A stretch of 64,000 bases of DNA, from contig NC_087436.1 of NCBI RefSeq assembly GCF_036321535.1, forward strand, positions 80,726,001 to 80,790,000, written 5' to 3'. Source of the DNA: Camelus dromedarius. Taxonomy: Eukaryota. The translations under genes were made by a program, and so were the position numbers. Below the pieces are notes generated by a model that did no database searches, was not told where the DNA came from, and saw only the letters and a program-made list of their open reading frames with translations. Below, in pieces: positions 12,450 to 23,580 of the stretch (positions are counted from its first letter, which is position 1; every line of letters begins with the position of its first letter).

Positions 12450-12925
12450 GTAGAGATGCCAATCATCCTTTCCCTACACACACCCTTTCCTTGGGGAATC
12501 TGTCTTCCTCTAGTCCCTGGAAGGGGTAGCCTTATATACCACATGACTTCATCCATCATGCTGTGGCTAACTGGATCATAGACGGACATCTGACCCAGGC
12601 CAAGCTTGGAATTTGGAGCTGGGAAACAGAGCTTGATTCAAACAAACTGGTAGGCACTGGACCCAGGAGATCATGTAGACTTGGGACCTGTGGACTTGTT
12701 GGCCACATGCAGTCATGGTGAGGGAAGATGCAGAGAAAAGAAGTAAAGACTATGTTAATGCTTGTGTGAATGCTGCCTGATGGAGTGTGTGATTGTGACT
12801 GGCTTTTCAAGTTCAATTCTTAATCATAGGAATCCCAACTTGACTTAAGATACTTTGAGGATATACTTAAAATACCCTCTACCCTACACAGCTTGAGTGG
12901 GATCTGCCCTTTCAACAATCAGTTC
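12450..12925 (+). mobile_element. Old ERVL-class LTR (LTR16/LTR33-like)
   Basis: GGACATCTGACCCAGGC motif and terminal GCTTGAGTGGGATCTGCCCTTTCAAC. Family assignment is tentative. Confidence 0.45.
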
Positions 12926-14132
12926 ACATTTATTATTGCATTCAATTTTTCTAGCCCAGTAATAATGCTGGTCCACTTGAAGACCAGTTAATACACTTTT
13001 ATAGAATGCTCAGGTGATTGCAATCACAATTTCATAATTATTTGGATTGTATCTGTCTCCTTTAAAAGATGGTGAACTTCCTGAGTTTTTAAATAAAGAA
13101 TCTACCCTAGTTTGTTTCACATAATAGATGGACTACTGCTTTTTGAAATTGGGTATTGCCTGAGCTGTAATAAACTTAGCTTATGAGAAACATGCTTGGC
13201 TTAATGCTGCAAGAGAACAATATCCTAGAACTAACTATTGACATACTAAATTTCCTTTCAAGTTTTATTTATAGAAAAAACTAGGTGTGTGTATATTTGT
13301 GTGTGTCACAATGTGAATATCCTCTAAGACCCAAACTATTGACTGTTTTAAGGATATCAAGTCCTTTGTGACTCCTGGAGGAATTAGTTCTGGTGTCATC
13401 AGCCTGCCTGTTAACAGCAGGAGTGAGGGGGTGAGCCTGGCAGTGTGTGGCCAGAAGCCTTTGGTCATTATGACTCACAAATAGCTATTCTGATTCCAAA
13501 TGGTGTGCAGGGCAGATGGTGGGCTTCTCCAGCTTAAGGACATTTGGATGAGCATGTACCACTATAAATATAATTATTTGGCAATTGTTGTATAAAATCA
13601 TATTTAGAAAACAAACTGCCTTTCGAGCTAGTTTTCTCATTTCCAAATAAAAAAAATGCCTAGACAGTAGCACAAGTGTAATATTTAATTAGGCTGCTTG
13701 ACTTTCCCAAGAGACTTCTTTCTCTCTTTTCCTGTAATACGTTATAGTATTACCATAACGGGACTTTATTATTTATTTTCCACATGCATTGCTCTGATAA
13801 TTGGAAGAAGTCAGAAAATTCAGCTATTGAAATGAGTGACCTTTATATTTGGAAAACTAATTTGTTTCACGTAAATACAGGAGCTCTCATCGTGTCATTT
13901 AAAATACATAGAACTAATGATCAATTTAATTTTTTTATGAAAGGAAATTATTTACTTAATCAAAATATGCATTTTATATCTTTCTCTATTTCCTTTTCTT
14001 TCTGTCACTTACTGTATTTTTTTTTGCCTCCTTTTCAAATTTAAAAAGTTTTTTTTTTTTTTTTAAATATTTTCCTTTTGTATTTGTCCCAGTGAGGCTG
14101 CTCTGGTGCTCTTGTAAACACTATTCCAAGTA

Positions 14133-14299
14133 TTTTGTTTGTTTGTTTGTTTGATTTTTGGTGGGGGGAGGTAATTAGGTTTATTTATTGACTTATTTAT
14201 TTTAATGGAAGTACTGGGGATTGAACCCAGGATCGTGTGCATGCTAGGCACACACTCTACCACTGAGCTATACCCTTCCCCTAAGCTATACCCGCCCCC
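14133..14299 (-). mobile_element. Camelid tRNA-derived SINE (Vic-1 type) with duplicated head
   Basis: Minus strand reads GGGAAGGGTATAGCTCAGTGGTAGAGTG...CCTGGGTTCAATCCCCAGTAC (Pol III A and B boxes), then an AT-rich middle and an (AAAC)n tail. Confidence 0.9.
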
Positions 14300-15728
14300 A
14301 AGTTTCTGATACGTATTTTTGCATTTGAGAATGTAAAGATTTTAGATAAAAGCAGTAATCAATGTCCAGGAAATTAGCAACAAGTTGGTCATAATAGGCA
14401 TGTGCTGGAGGGAGTACATGAATATTTCCTTACATCTAGTTCAGCCTCTCAGGCCCTGGGTTAGTGCCTTGTTTAGTTTTCAACCTAGTCCTTGGCTCTT
14501 TTGATGAGAAGACAGCACTTACTACAAAAGGACAGCCAGAACCTGAAGGCATGACTTTACGTCCCGAGCTGTGGGCGGGAACCCGAGTGTTCCCGGAAGC
14601 CAGTGTCTCTCCTCGTGGAGCTGAGGGCTCCCAGAGCCTCAGGGCCAGTTCCCTCAAGCCTTCCATCCCTGCTTATCTTAAGTTTTACCATTAAAAGATG
14701 AGGCCTCCCAGATTATTCATCATTTCAAAACAGTTCTCCTCTTATTCCTCAGGATATACCCTGGTCTCGTGCCCTCTCGTGCCTCTCCTGCTCATCTGAA
14801 TCTCCCACTCGGCCCTCAGGAACCCAGAGTCTGTTGTCTGGAAACTGCACAACATCCTCTACCTCTTGTCTGATTCTTCCTGTCACCTACTTGTTCAAGT
14901 GACACTAGCTTGTACCAACGCCACTTCCTTTGCAGTCACTCCAGGGGCAGCTGTGTTTTCTCTCATACTCAGTGTGATCGGCAGGGCCTGGAGGTGAAGA
15001 GATGTCCTCTTACTCTTCTTCACTGCCTACAAACCTTCCTCTCTCTCTCCTTGTGAACCCCTGGTTCTTCTGTAGCTCGAGACTTCAGATTTTACGGCTA
15101 CCTCCCATGCAGCTGCTTCCTCTCACTCCGTGGCTTGATCCTGTGTCTCTTCCACTGCTCTTGTTGCTGTACTCAGCTGCTTTGGACTTTCTTAGCTCTG
15201 GGAATGTCTCCCTCCTCTCTAACTTCCTGACTCCTGCATACAGTTATATCCATACCGGGTATCACCACTAACTGCACCACCTCCAAGCCCCACTTTCCTC
15301 TCTGACTTTACCTCCCAACCTACTAACTCTCAACTCTTGTACCCCTACTTTGGTAATTCTACCTCTTTAAGACTTCTTATCAACGGAGTCTCCACATTTT
15401 TGCTGTTTGTAACCCTTAATGTCCTTCCTCCCCCTTTTACCCAACTTAGAGCCCTTGCTTGACACCACACCATTCCCTTGCTCACATCTTTGACTCTCTT
15501 GACTTCCTGACCCCCTCTATTGTGTGCACTTGACCAAACTTCAGCCCTCCTTAAGCCCGGTTACTTGAGCACCCTGGCCGCATACGAGAGCAGCTAAACA
15601 GCGCTGGATAACAGTCACACTGTGATGCTGGCCAGCCTCACTTCAGAGTTATAACCCCAGATCTCAAAAGCACTGAACACTGTCAGAAAATCCTATTTTC
15701 CTTTTCTAGTAAATTCCCCTTCATCCTT

Positions 15729-17249
15729 TTTTTTACATTTAATCTTCTTTTATTCTCAGGCTCATCATGGTTTGTTTATTTATTTATTTTTTTAACATTT
15801 TTTATTGATTTATAATCATTTTACAATGTTGTGTCAAATTCCAGTGTTCAGCACAATTTTTCAGTCATTCATGGACATATACACACTCAATGTCACATTT
15901 TTTTCTCTGTGAGTTATCATAACATTTTGTGTATATTTCCCTGTGCTATACAGTGTAATCTTGTTTATCTATTCTACAATTTTGAAATCCCAGTCTATCC
16001 CTTCCCACCCTCCACCCCCCTGGTAACCACAAGTCTGTATTCTCTCTCTGTGAGTCTATTTCTGTCCTGTATTTACACTTTGTTTTTGTTTGTTTGTTTG
16101 TTTTTGGTTTTGTTTTTTAGATTCCACATATGAGCGATCTCATATGGTATTTTTTCTTTCTCTTTCTGGCTTACTTCCCTTAGAATGACATTCTCCAGGA
16201 GCATCCATGTTGCTGCAAATGGCATTATGTTGTCGGTTTTTATGGCTGAGTAGTATTCCATTGTATAAATATACCACCTCTTCTTTATCCAGTCACCTGT
16301 TGATGGACATTTAGTCTGTTTCCATGTTTTGGCTATTGTAAATAGTGCTGCTATGAACATTGGGGTGCAGGTGTCATCCTGAAGTAGATTTCCTTCTGGA
16401 TACAAACCCAGGAGTGGGATTCCTGGGTCATATGGTAAGTCTATTCCTAGTTTTTTGAGGAATCTCCACACTATTTTCCATAGTGGCTGCACCAAACTGC
16501 ATTCCCACCAGCAGTGTAGGAGGGTTCCCCTTTCTCCACAGCCTCTCCAGCATTTGTCATTTGTGGATTTTTGAATGACGGCCATTCTGACTGGTGTGAG
16601 GTGATACCTCATTGTAGTTTTGATTTGCATTTCTCTGATAATTAGTGATATGGAGCATCTTTTCATGTGCTTTTTGATCATTTGTATATCTTCCTTGGAG
16701 AATTGCTTGTTTAGGTCTTCTGCCCATTTTTGGATTGGGTTGTTTATTTTTTTCTTATTGAGTCGTATGAGCTGCTTATATATTCTGGAGATCAAGCCTT
16801 TGTCGGTTTCACTTGCAAAAATGTTCTCCCATTCCTTAGGTTTTCTTCTTGTTTTATTTCTGGTTTCCTTTGCTGTGCAGAAACTTGTAAGTTTCATTAG
16901 GTCCCATTTGTTTATTCTTGCTTTTATTTCTTCTAGGAGAAAATTTTTGAAATGTATGTCAGATAATGTTTTGCCTATGTTTTCCTCTAGGAGGTTTATT
17001 GTATCTTGTCTTATGTTTAAGTCTTTAATCCATTTTGAGTTGATTTTTGTATATGGTGTAAGGGAGTGTTCTAGCTTCATTGTTTTACATGTTGCTGTCT
17101 AGTTTTTCCAACACCATTTGCTGAAGAGACTGTCTTTATTCCATTGTATATTCTTGCCTCCTTTGTCGAAGATGAGTTGACCAAAAGTTTGTGGGTTCAT
17201 TTCTGGGCTCTCTATTCTGTTCCATTGGTCTATATGTCTGTTTTGGTAC
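15729..17249 (-). mobile_element. Young 5'-truncated L1 (about 1.5 kb) with a 3' transduction
   Basis: ORF2 C-terminus, 3'UTR and two tails. 13-bp TSD CCCCTTCATCCTT at 15716-15728 and 17250-17262. Confidence 0.95.
16073..17080 (-). pseudogene. L1 ORF2p C-terminal fragment including the CCHC region
   Basis: 335-aa open frame [16 protein letters not shown]...[18 protein letters not shown]...TWKQTKCPS...[13 protein letters not shown]. Frameshifts in a T-run just before the normal stop; no EN or RT domain. Confidence 0.9.
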
Positions 17250-19059
17250 CCCCTTCATCCTTATTAGATGACTATTTGACACCTTCTCTTCTCCCCTCCA
17301 ACCTCAAAATACTGTTTATTTTTTATTACTCTCGATCGATGAATTGGCCTTATCTTTCCTAGAGAAAAATAAATGCGATCAACAAGATATATCTAATTTT
17401 TCTACCACCTGCCTGTCTTTATAGCCACATACTCTGCCTTCCTCATCTGTTGCTCTTGGCTTGTGTTCTTGGTCAGTTTGCTTTCTCAAATTGTTCTTAG
17501 GTTTGTCATCTCCATTTCTTTAGCACATCTCTAAATGTTAGAGTGCCCCAGAGTTAATTTTTTCAGCCCTCCAGTCTACTCTGGCAACACATTTCTCAGG
17601 ATAGCCTGTTTATTGCATTGCATCTAAGTGCTAATGGCTCCCAAATTTTCATCTCCACCCTGAACTCTGTCCTGAGCATCGGACTCATACATCTGACTGC
17701 CTCCTCAACATTTTCACTTGGGTGTCTTTTAAACTTCTCTAACCTAACTAGGTTAAGACAGAACTCTTGATTTTCTCACAAAATAAAAAGAAACTGTCCT
17801 CTCACAGTCCTTCCACATATCAGTAAATTGTATCATCCACTCAATGGTTGTTCAGGCCAAAAACATGTAGATTATTCTTAAATCTTCTCTTCCCTTCATC
17901 GCCCACATCAAATCCACCAGCAAGTCCAATTGCCTGTATTTCCAAACTATATTCTGAATCTGACCACATCTCATTATTTTCAGTGGTACGAATCTAGACC
18001 AAATTGTCACTATGTTTACTCAGCTCATTTAAAAGTTTCTGAAATTATCGTAATTAAATTTTCTGTGTTTACTTACTGTCTGCTCCCCCACATCAGAATG
18101 TAAACTCTTTGAGGAAAGAGACTTGGTCGTGTTCACTGTTGTAACCCTAGCCCCAGTACCTGGCACGCAGTGAAGGATCAATAAATATTCTCCTGATTGC
18201 TATTTCAGTCTGTCGAATCTTTCAGAATAGTTATTGAATTATATGGTATATACTAAAAAAATTTATATTCCTAAAATCCCAGCAATCAAATTGTCAAGTC
18301 TCTGCTTCAGATTTTAAAAGCTGATCAATCATCTTGGTACCTAGCTATCAGCTGTAAACTATTCATATGACATGACTGTAAAGAGATCATTTAAAAATAC
18401 ATATATTTTCATGTATATGTAGTATATGTATGTATGCACCCAACATACGTATGTATCTGTATGCATATATATAAACCTGTATTTTACATAAGCAGAGTCA
18501 TATTATAGATGCAGTTTTTTTCCCTTTCTCACTTTGCATTTGCCTCTCTCTTTTGTACTTGTTCCTTACCCTCTACCACATAGTCCTTCCAACCCCAAGG
18601 TAATAACCTGCTGTGTTGTCTTCTGCAAGCTATTACAATTATAAAGTGTATGCTACATATATGTTATATTTATTCAAAAATATAATTATAGAGGAATACT
18701 TTGTCATTGATTATTTTATAAAATGGGATCACATTATGCTTAGTCATGTGCATGTTACTACCAAAAAAGATACTTTTAACAATTTGTGTCAAATCTTACC
18801 TCTACAAATTGAAGGTGCCTCTTCTTGCCATAAAAATAGTAAGAACCCATTAAAACACTCCTGTGACAATTATGTCACAAAAGTGAGAAGAGAGGGCTAA
18901 AGAATTACATCACACCTTCGAATAGCCCTTGGTCAGTAGTTCAAGGAAGAACCCAAAGTTTAGTAATGTGATTACTGTTGACTTTCAGACCAATTGCAGG
19001 GAAAGAGAGCCTTCAGATATTTGTATATGTAAGCCTGAGGGCCTCTGCATTGTTGTTGT

Positions 19060-19200
19060 AGTCATGAGAGCATTGATTTGGGAGAAAAGTGGCCCAGATT
19101 TTAACTCATATTCTGCAGTTGACATGCTAGCTAGCCTTTGGTAATTTATTTAATCATTCTGAGGCAGCCTAATTTCTCAATAGAAGAAAATTTGGGTTCA
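19060..19200 (+). mobile_element. MIR fragment
   Basis: GAGAGCATTGATTTGGGAG...ATTTATTTAATCATTCTGAG, MIR core-like. Confidence 0.45.
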
Positions 19201-19422
19201 CTTTTATTACTATGATTGTGGTCCTAACTTATGAAGATGTTAAGTTATTATTTCTCTAACTTGTCAGCTAGAGGTTATATTTGTCATACCGACACCATAA
19301 GTTATTGTTTTGGATCTGAGGAGATTACAATTCTTAGACTGTAATGTGATTTACAAAAATTAGTTGTCATTATTTTTGTTTTCTCACATATCAATTGAAG
19401 AATATAATAGACATGTTAGCTC

Positions 19423-19640
19423 TGCACTGTCCAGTTGTAGCTATGAGCCACATGTTGGTATTTAGCATATGAAATGTGGCTAGTCCAAACTGGTAGGGGC
19501 ATCAGCATAAATACACACAGCATTTTAACACAGTATGAAAAAATGTAAAATACCATATTTATATTGATTGTATGTTTAAGTGATACTTTTTAGATATATA
19601 AAATTAAATAAAATGAAATTAACACCATCTGTTTTTTTTA
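19423..19640. mobile_element. hAT-Charlie MITE (MER33/MER3-like)
   Basis: GCACTGTCCA...AGCCACATGT...GAAATGTGGCTAGTCCAAACTG. Confidence 0.75.
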
Positions 19641-20412
19641 AACTAAAAATTGTGTGTTAGGAGCCACTCAGCTGAAGGTATGAACTTAGTGGTATGTTTG
19701 TACCAGGTGACCCTGCTGCCTATCTTCAGCTGACACTGCTGGGACTTTGAGAGCCTACAACATTCTCCACCCGCTGAGGGCTCTTGTAGGTCATATCCAG
19801 TGTAAGATCAAGTCTTCACTTTTCAGATAAATTACTGAACATGTATTAAAGAGCTGGTGGCCTGAAAATACTCTGCTGTTTTTCTTAATTAGTTTTGATG
19901 GATTAGATTCCCTAACAACTGCCTGTTTATATCACAGGAATTCAGGATGGCTCACACATTCTGTCTGGTTCTTTCTTTGATCATCCTGCCCAGTCTTCAG
20001 CTCTAATTCCTCTCTTACTTCGCGTTTCTACTTTCATCTCCTTAGCTAAGACTCTCTTGTGAAGATCTTCCTGCATTAGCTGTGTCCCCTCCGAGCCTGC
20101 CTTCGTGTTGAATGTGCAGTGTCCCCTCCCTGATGGCTGTGAGCTCACAGCCAGTGCTCTGGTTTCACCTCTTGAACTGATTCCAAGTATTAATGGCCTT
20201 TGTTACCACTGAGGCTGGGCTCTCTTATCATTTATTTATTCATTTTTTACTTACCTATTATTAGACTTCACAGTTACTATACCATCCTGAGTAGATTGTC
20301 TCTTGATGATACATTGGCTGACTGGCATATCAATAAATGAGGCAGATATGTTAGCTTAAATAACTTTAAAGCAAACTTGCCAGAATAAATGCATTGAAAA
20401 GCACAAATCTTG

Positions 20413-20539
20413 TGTTAACTAATCTTATTGTGCTAATCATCTCACAATATATTTGTACATCAAATTATCATGTTGTACACCCCTAAAATTATACAAAGTT
20501 ATTTTTCAATAGTATCTCAATAAAGCTTGGAGAAAAAAA
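20413..20539 (+). mobile_element. Older L1 3' terminal stub with TSD
   Basis: ATCATGTTGTACACC...TATCTCAATAAAGCTTGGAGAAAAAAA, flanked by the 15-bp repeat AAAGCACAAATCTTG (20398-20412, 20542-20556). Confidence 0.85.
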
Positions 20540-20761
20540 TGAAAGCACAAATCTTGAGAAGCTATACAAATATTCTAATTACATTGCCAGTACTCAAAGC
20601 ATTATTTAATAGTTACACTTTGTAAGTTCTATTCTTATGACATCTGCATTTTGTTTCTGTAGTTCCAAGGAACCCAGTCCTAGTGCACAAGTGAAAGGCA
20701 CACTGTCAGAATATGCACACAAGCCTATGCATGGTCCAAAGCTAAAGGGGAGATCACACAG

Positions 20762-20975
20762 TTGGATGGCAGAGCCAGCATTGCAAAGAATGAGGGCAAG
20801 CTAGAATGATGGGCCAAATCATACAAAATTAAATTTAATTGGGTTAATTCTAAGGTCACAACCAGTATCCAAAAGATTAACTAGCTGAAATAAAAGGTGG
20901 AGACAGCATGATTTCGCAACAGTATATGAGAAAAGGAGTAAGGATGACTGGTCCTGAACTAATTATTAATATGAG
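20762..20975 (+). mobile_element. CR1/L3 LINE RT fragment
   Basis: CAAGCTAGAATGATGGGCCAAA...AAATTTAAT...AATTCTAAGGTC resembles the CR1 motif LEKWAxxNxMKFNxxKCKV. Confidence 0.6.
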
Positions 20976-21364
20976 ATTTCAATTTCAGGGAGATGTGACT
21001 TGACTTTGCTCTTTATGAGTATACACAATTTTAAACCATGAAGTTTTCTTAGTTGTTCTTAATTAATTGTTTTGGCTTTACTGCCAGAAAACATGGAAAG
21101 GCAGATGTATTTTGCCTTATACATGTTTGTTAATAAAGTGAAAGCTTTCTTGTAACATTTGCAGCTTAGCAAAATATTTTTTAAAAAGGTAAATAGTGAA
21201 TGGATGATTGTATAATTCTTAGTTTCTACATCTATTTGGTCATTCATAACTCTGTTTATATTTATACCTCATCGCTTGGCCCCTGCTGGGGTGGTCAGAT
21301 CAACCAGGTGGTGTCACTCAGAGGGGTTGGAGGGAGTGACAGCCCTTTGTCGGCCTCAGTGTTG

Positions 21365-21615
21365 ATGGCAGTGTTTCACGACGAGGTGGAGATTGAGGAA
21401 TTCCAACATGATGAGGACTCAGAGATGTATTTCTGTCCTTGCTTGTGTGGGGATGACTTCTCTATCACCAACAAAGATTTGGAGAATGGGGAAGATGTGG
21501 CAATGTATCTTAGCTGCTCTTTCATTATAACACTGATTTATGACAAAGATCATCCTTTATGTGTGGAGAAACAGTCCCAGACCCTTCTACCAACAAAGAA
21601 TTAGTTAACTGCTGA
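21365..21615 (+). pseudogene. DPH3: DPH3 (diphthamide biosynthesis 3 / KTI11, CSL zinc finger) processed pseudogene. UTR homology probably extends from about 21270 to about 21945.
   Basis: [62 protein letters not shown] matches DPH3. Removing 2 nt near 21554-21555 restores [19 protein letters not shown] (TGA 21613-21615, 82 codons). Intronless, and the CPSC knuckle has become YLSC. Confidence 0.95.
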
Positions 21616-23474
21616 AGAAAACTTTGGGAATCCAAATTCTGAACAGCTGGAAATAAGCCAAGATGGAAAAATCAAATGCAAAGCTACTGGCTTTTTTATG
21701 GGGACAACTGTTTTGTGTGGTTTGCTGTTCCAATGGAGTGTGGATTCTTTCCATCGACTGCTGAGTTTGTCTTTAATCAAGGAAGTGAGGTCACAACAGG
21801 GCATACCTGTATTTAGTGTTTAGAACTTTGAATTGGAAGTGATCTTAATTTTCCATCTGAACTGAAAGGAAGATAACCTCAAAATAGTGCTTTGCTTCTC
21901 TTAGTGTCATGATTTTAATATCTTACACCTAATTACTTCATTATAGAACATAAAGTGAGGGAGACTTTGGTTTCTTTGTTTTACCTTAAAGCTTGCCTTC
22001 GACAGACCTTTCAACTTTCTTATTCAACCTGTGAGGGAGGCTAGGTGCATATCTGCGCTCCTGTCCTCTGCACTGGCCCTTTAACTCGGACTGTGTCTGT
22101 CTTTCAGTCTATTGGAATCATGGCTTTGCTACCAGAGAAGACCTCCCTTTAGGGGCCAGTGAGAAATATAGGTCCTTTAAAAAAAAAAAAAGATTTCTTC
22201 ATCTATATGATATTTTCTCCATAAAATAATAAAGCTTTTAGGTTTTAATTTGGCAGTATTTAGATGCCTCTGTTGGAAGATTTTGAAGGGAGCAGGCACA
22301 AATTAGTCATTTTTTAAAATGTTTTTGTGAAAATAGAAGAATGGAGAATCAGCTGGCAAAAAAAATTGACTCTTCAGGGCTTTGAGTTACCTGACAAGGT
22401 AAAGTATGTTAAAGATGTGATATGGAAACTTTTGATTCTAGGCAATCTCTTAAACCTAAGTTTCTTCACGAACTGTTGAAAAGTGCTGATTTATCAGAAG
22501 AGATGAAACTCATATAAACTGAAACTGTATCTTAGGGTAATTTCTCAAAGGGAAAGTATTCACTAATATATAAATACACACAAATTTTAATTTTGAATGA
22601 GAAGTATATTTATAGTACCTATAACTTTGAAAAATTATCACATTTAATTACATTTATCAAAAAAAAAAGACTCAAGGGGACTTTTTCTCATTTGTTATGT
22701 CATCACTTTTTTCTTCCCACAAAGACTCAGAATATCATCACCCTCAGATCTTTAGACTTCATGTGGTTGAAGATGAGATATACTAAGTGCTGATTATCTA
22801 AGTTTGAGAAGAGAAGAGAGATAATATATTTGAGTAATTGCCCCTTGGCCTGTAGGCATCCTATTTGTTGCCCTCTGTCCAGCTTCACCTGTTATCACCC
22901 ACCTTAGAGGAAAATTCCAGACGAAGGACTATCCGGCAAGAGTTCAAGGGCTCTCTGCCCGCTCCAGCCCTGCAGACCTCATCCCAGTCCACTGTGTGAC
23001 ATGGTCAATTATGAAATACTTTCCCTTTTGTATTGCCGAGGAAATACAGAAAAAACTTCTCAGGTGTGCCTGAAATAAGGGCTAAATAGATCGTAGCCTT
23101 AAATATTGGAGCATTGGACCAGATTCAGCCACAGGTGTTACCTATTCAAATCCTACTTACTTGTTTTTTACATCTATTTTATATTAATTTGCTATTACTT
23201 TTTAATGAAGAACCAAAATAACGGTGAAAATCCAGTAGATAACTCTTAGTCCTAACAGGGGTGACTATGTATTCTCTCCACTCCTGTCCTCTCTGTGGGA
23301 GCCTCAGAATCAATCTGAGTATTTCAGGGAATATTTGACAACTCCACACTTAAAACAAGCAGGATTTCCTTATAGGAAACTAAGAATCCAGCCCCAGAAC
23401 ACCTTGGGGTGCAGGGGAGGGGGAGGTCCTGGAAATCTTTCATTCCCTGAAATTCAGAGGCATTCTGTTCTAGA

Positions 23475-23580
23475 AACAGCGTAGTGTTTACAGCCACAGG
23501 CTCTGAGACCTGGCTACTTGGGGTTGGATCTGAGTCTGCTAATTAATAGCTGTGAGATCTTGAGCAAGTTACTTACGATA
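23475..23580 (+). mobile_element. MIR
   Basis: GCGTAGTGTTTA...CTAATTAATAGCTGTGAGATCTTGAGCAAGTTACTTA. Confidence 0.75.

Larger units (their letters stand above)
14750..18190 (+). mobile_element. Long decayed LINE-2, split by the L1 at 15729-17249
   Basis: C/T-rich L2 ORF remnants (CTCTAAATGTTAGAGTGCCCCAG, TGCTAATGGCTCCCAAATT, CATTTTCACTTGGGTGTCT) and an L2 3' end (GTACCTGGCACGCAGT...CAATAAATATT). Confidence 0.8.

Noticed and set aside
14200..14280. tRNA-like sequence with A and B boxes (also at 28883 and about 60200)
   Set aside because: These are SINE heads with AT-rich tails and, in one case, a clear TSD; they are not tRNA genes.
16620..17102. 160-aa hydrophobic plus-strand ORF (similar ones at 41349-42177, 57154-57672 and 61656-61871)
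   Set aside because: Antisense shadows of L1 ORF2 or 3'UTR; the hydrophobicity reflects T-richness.
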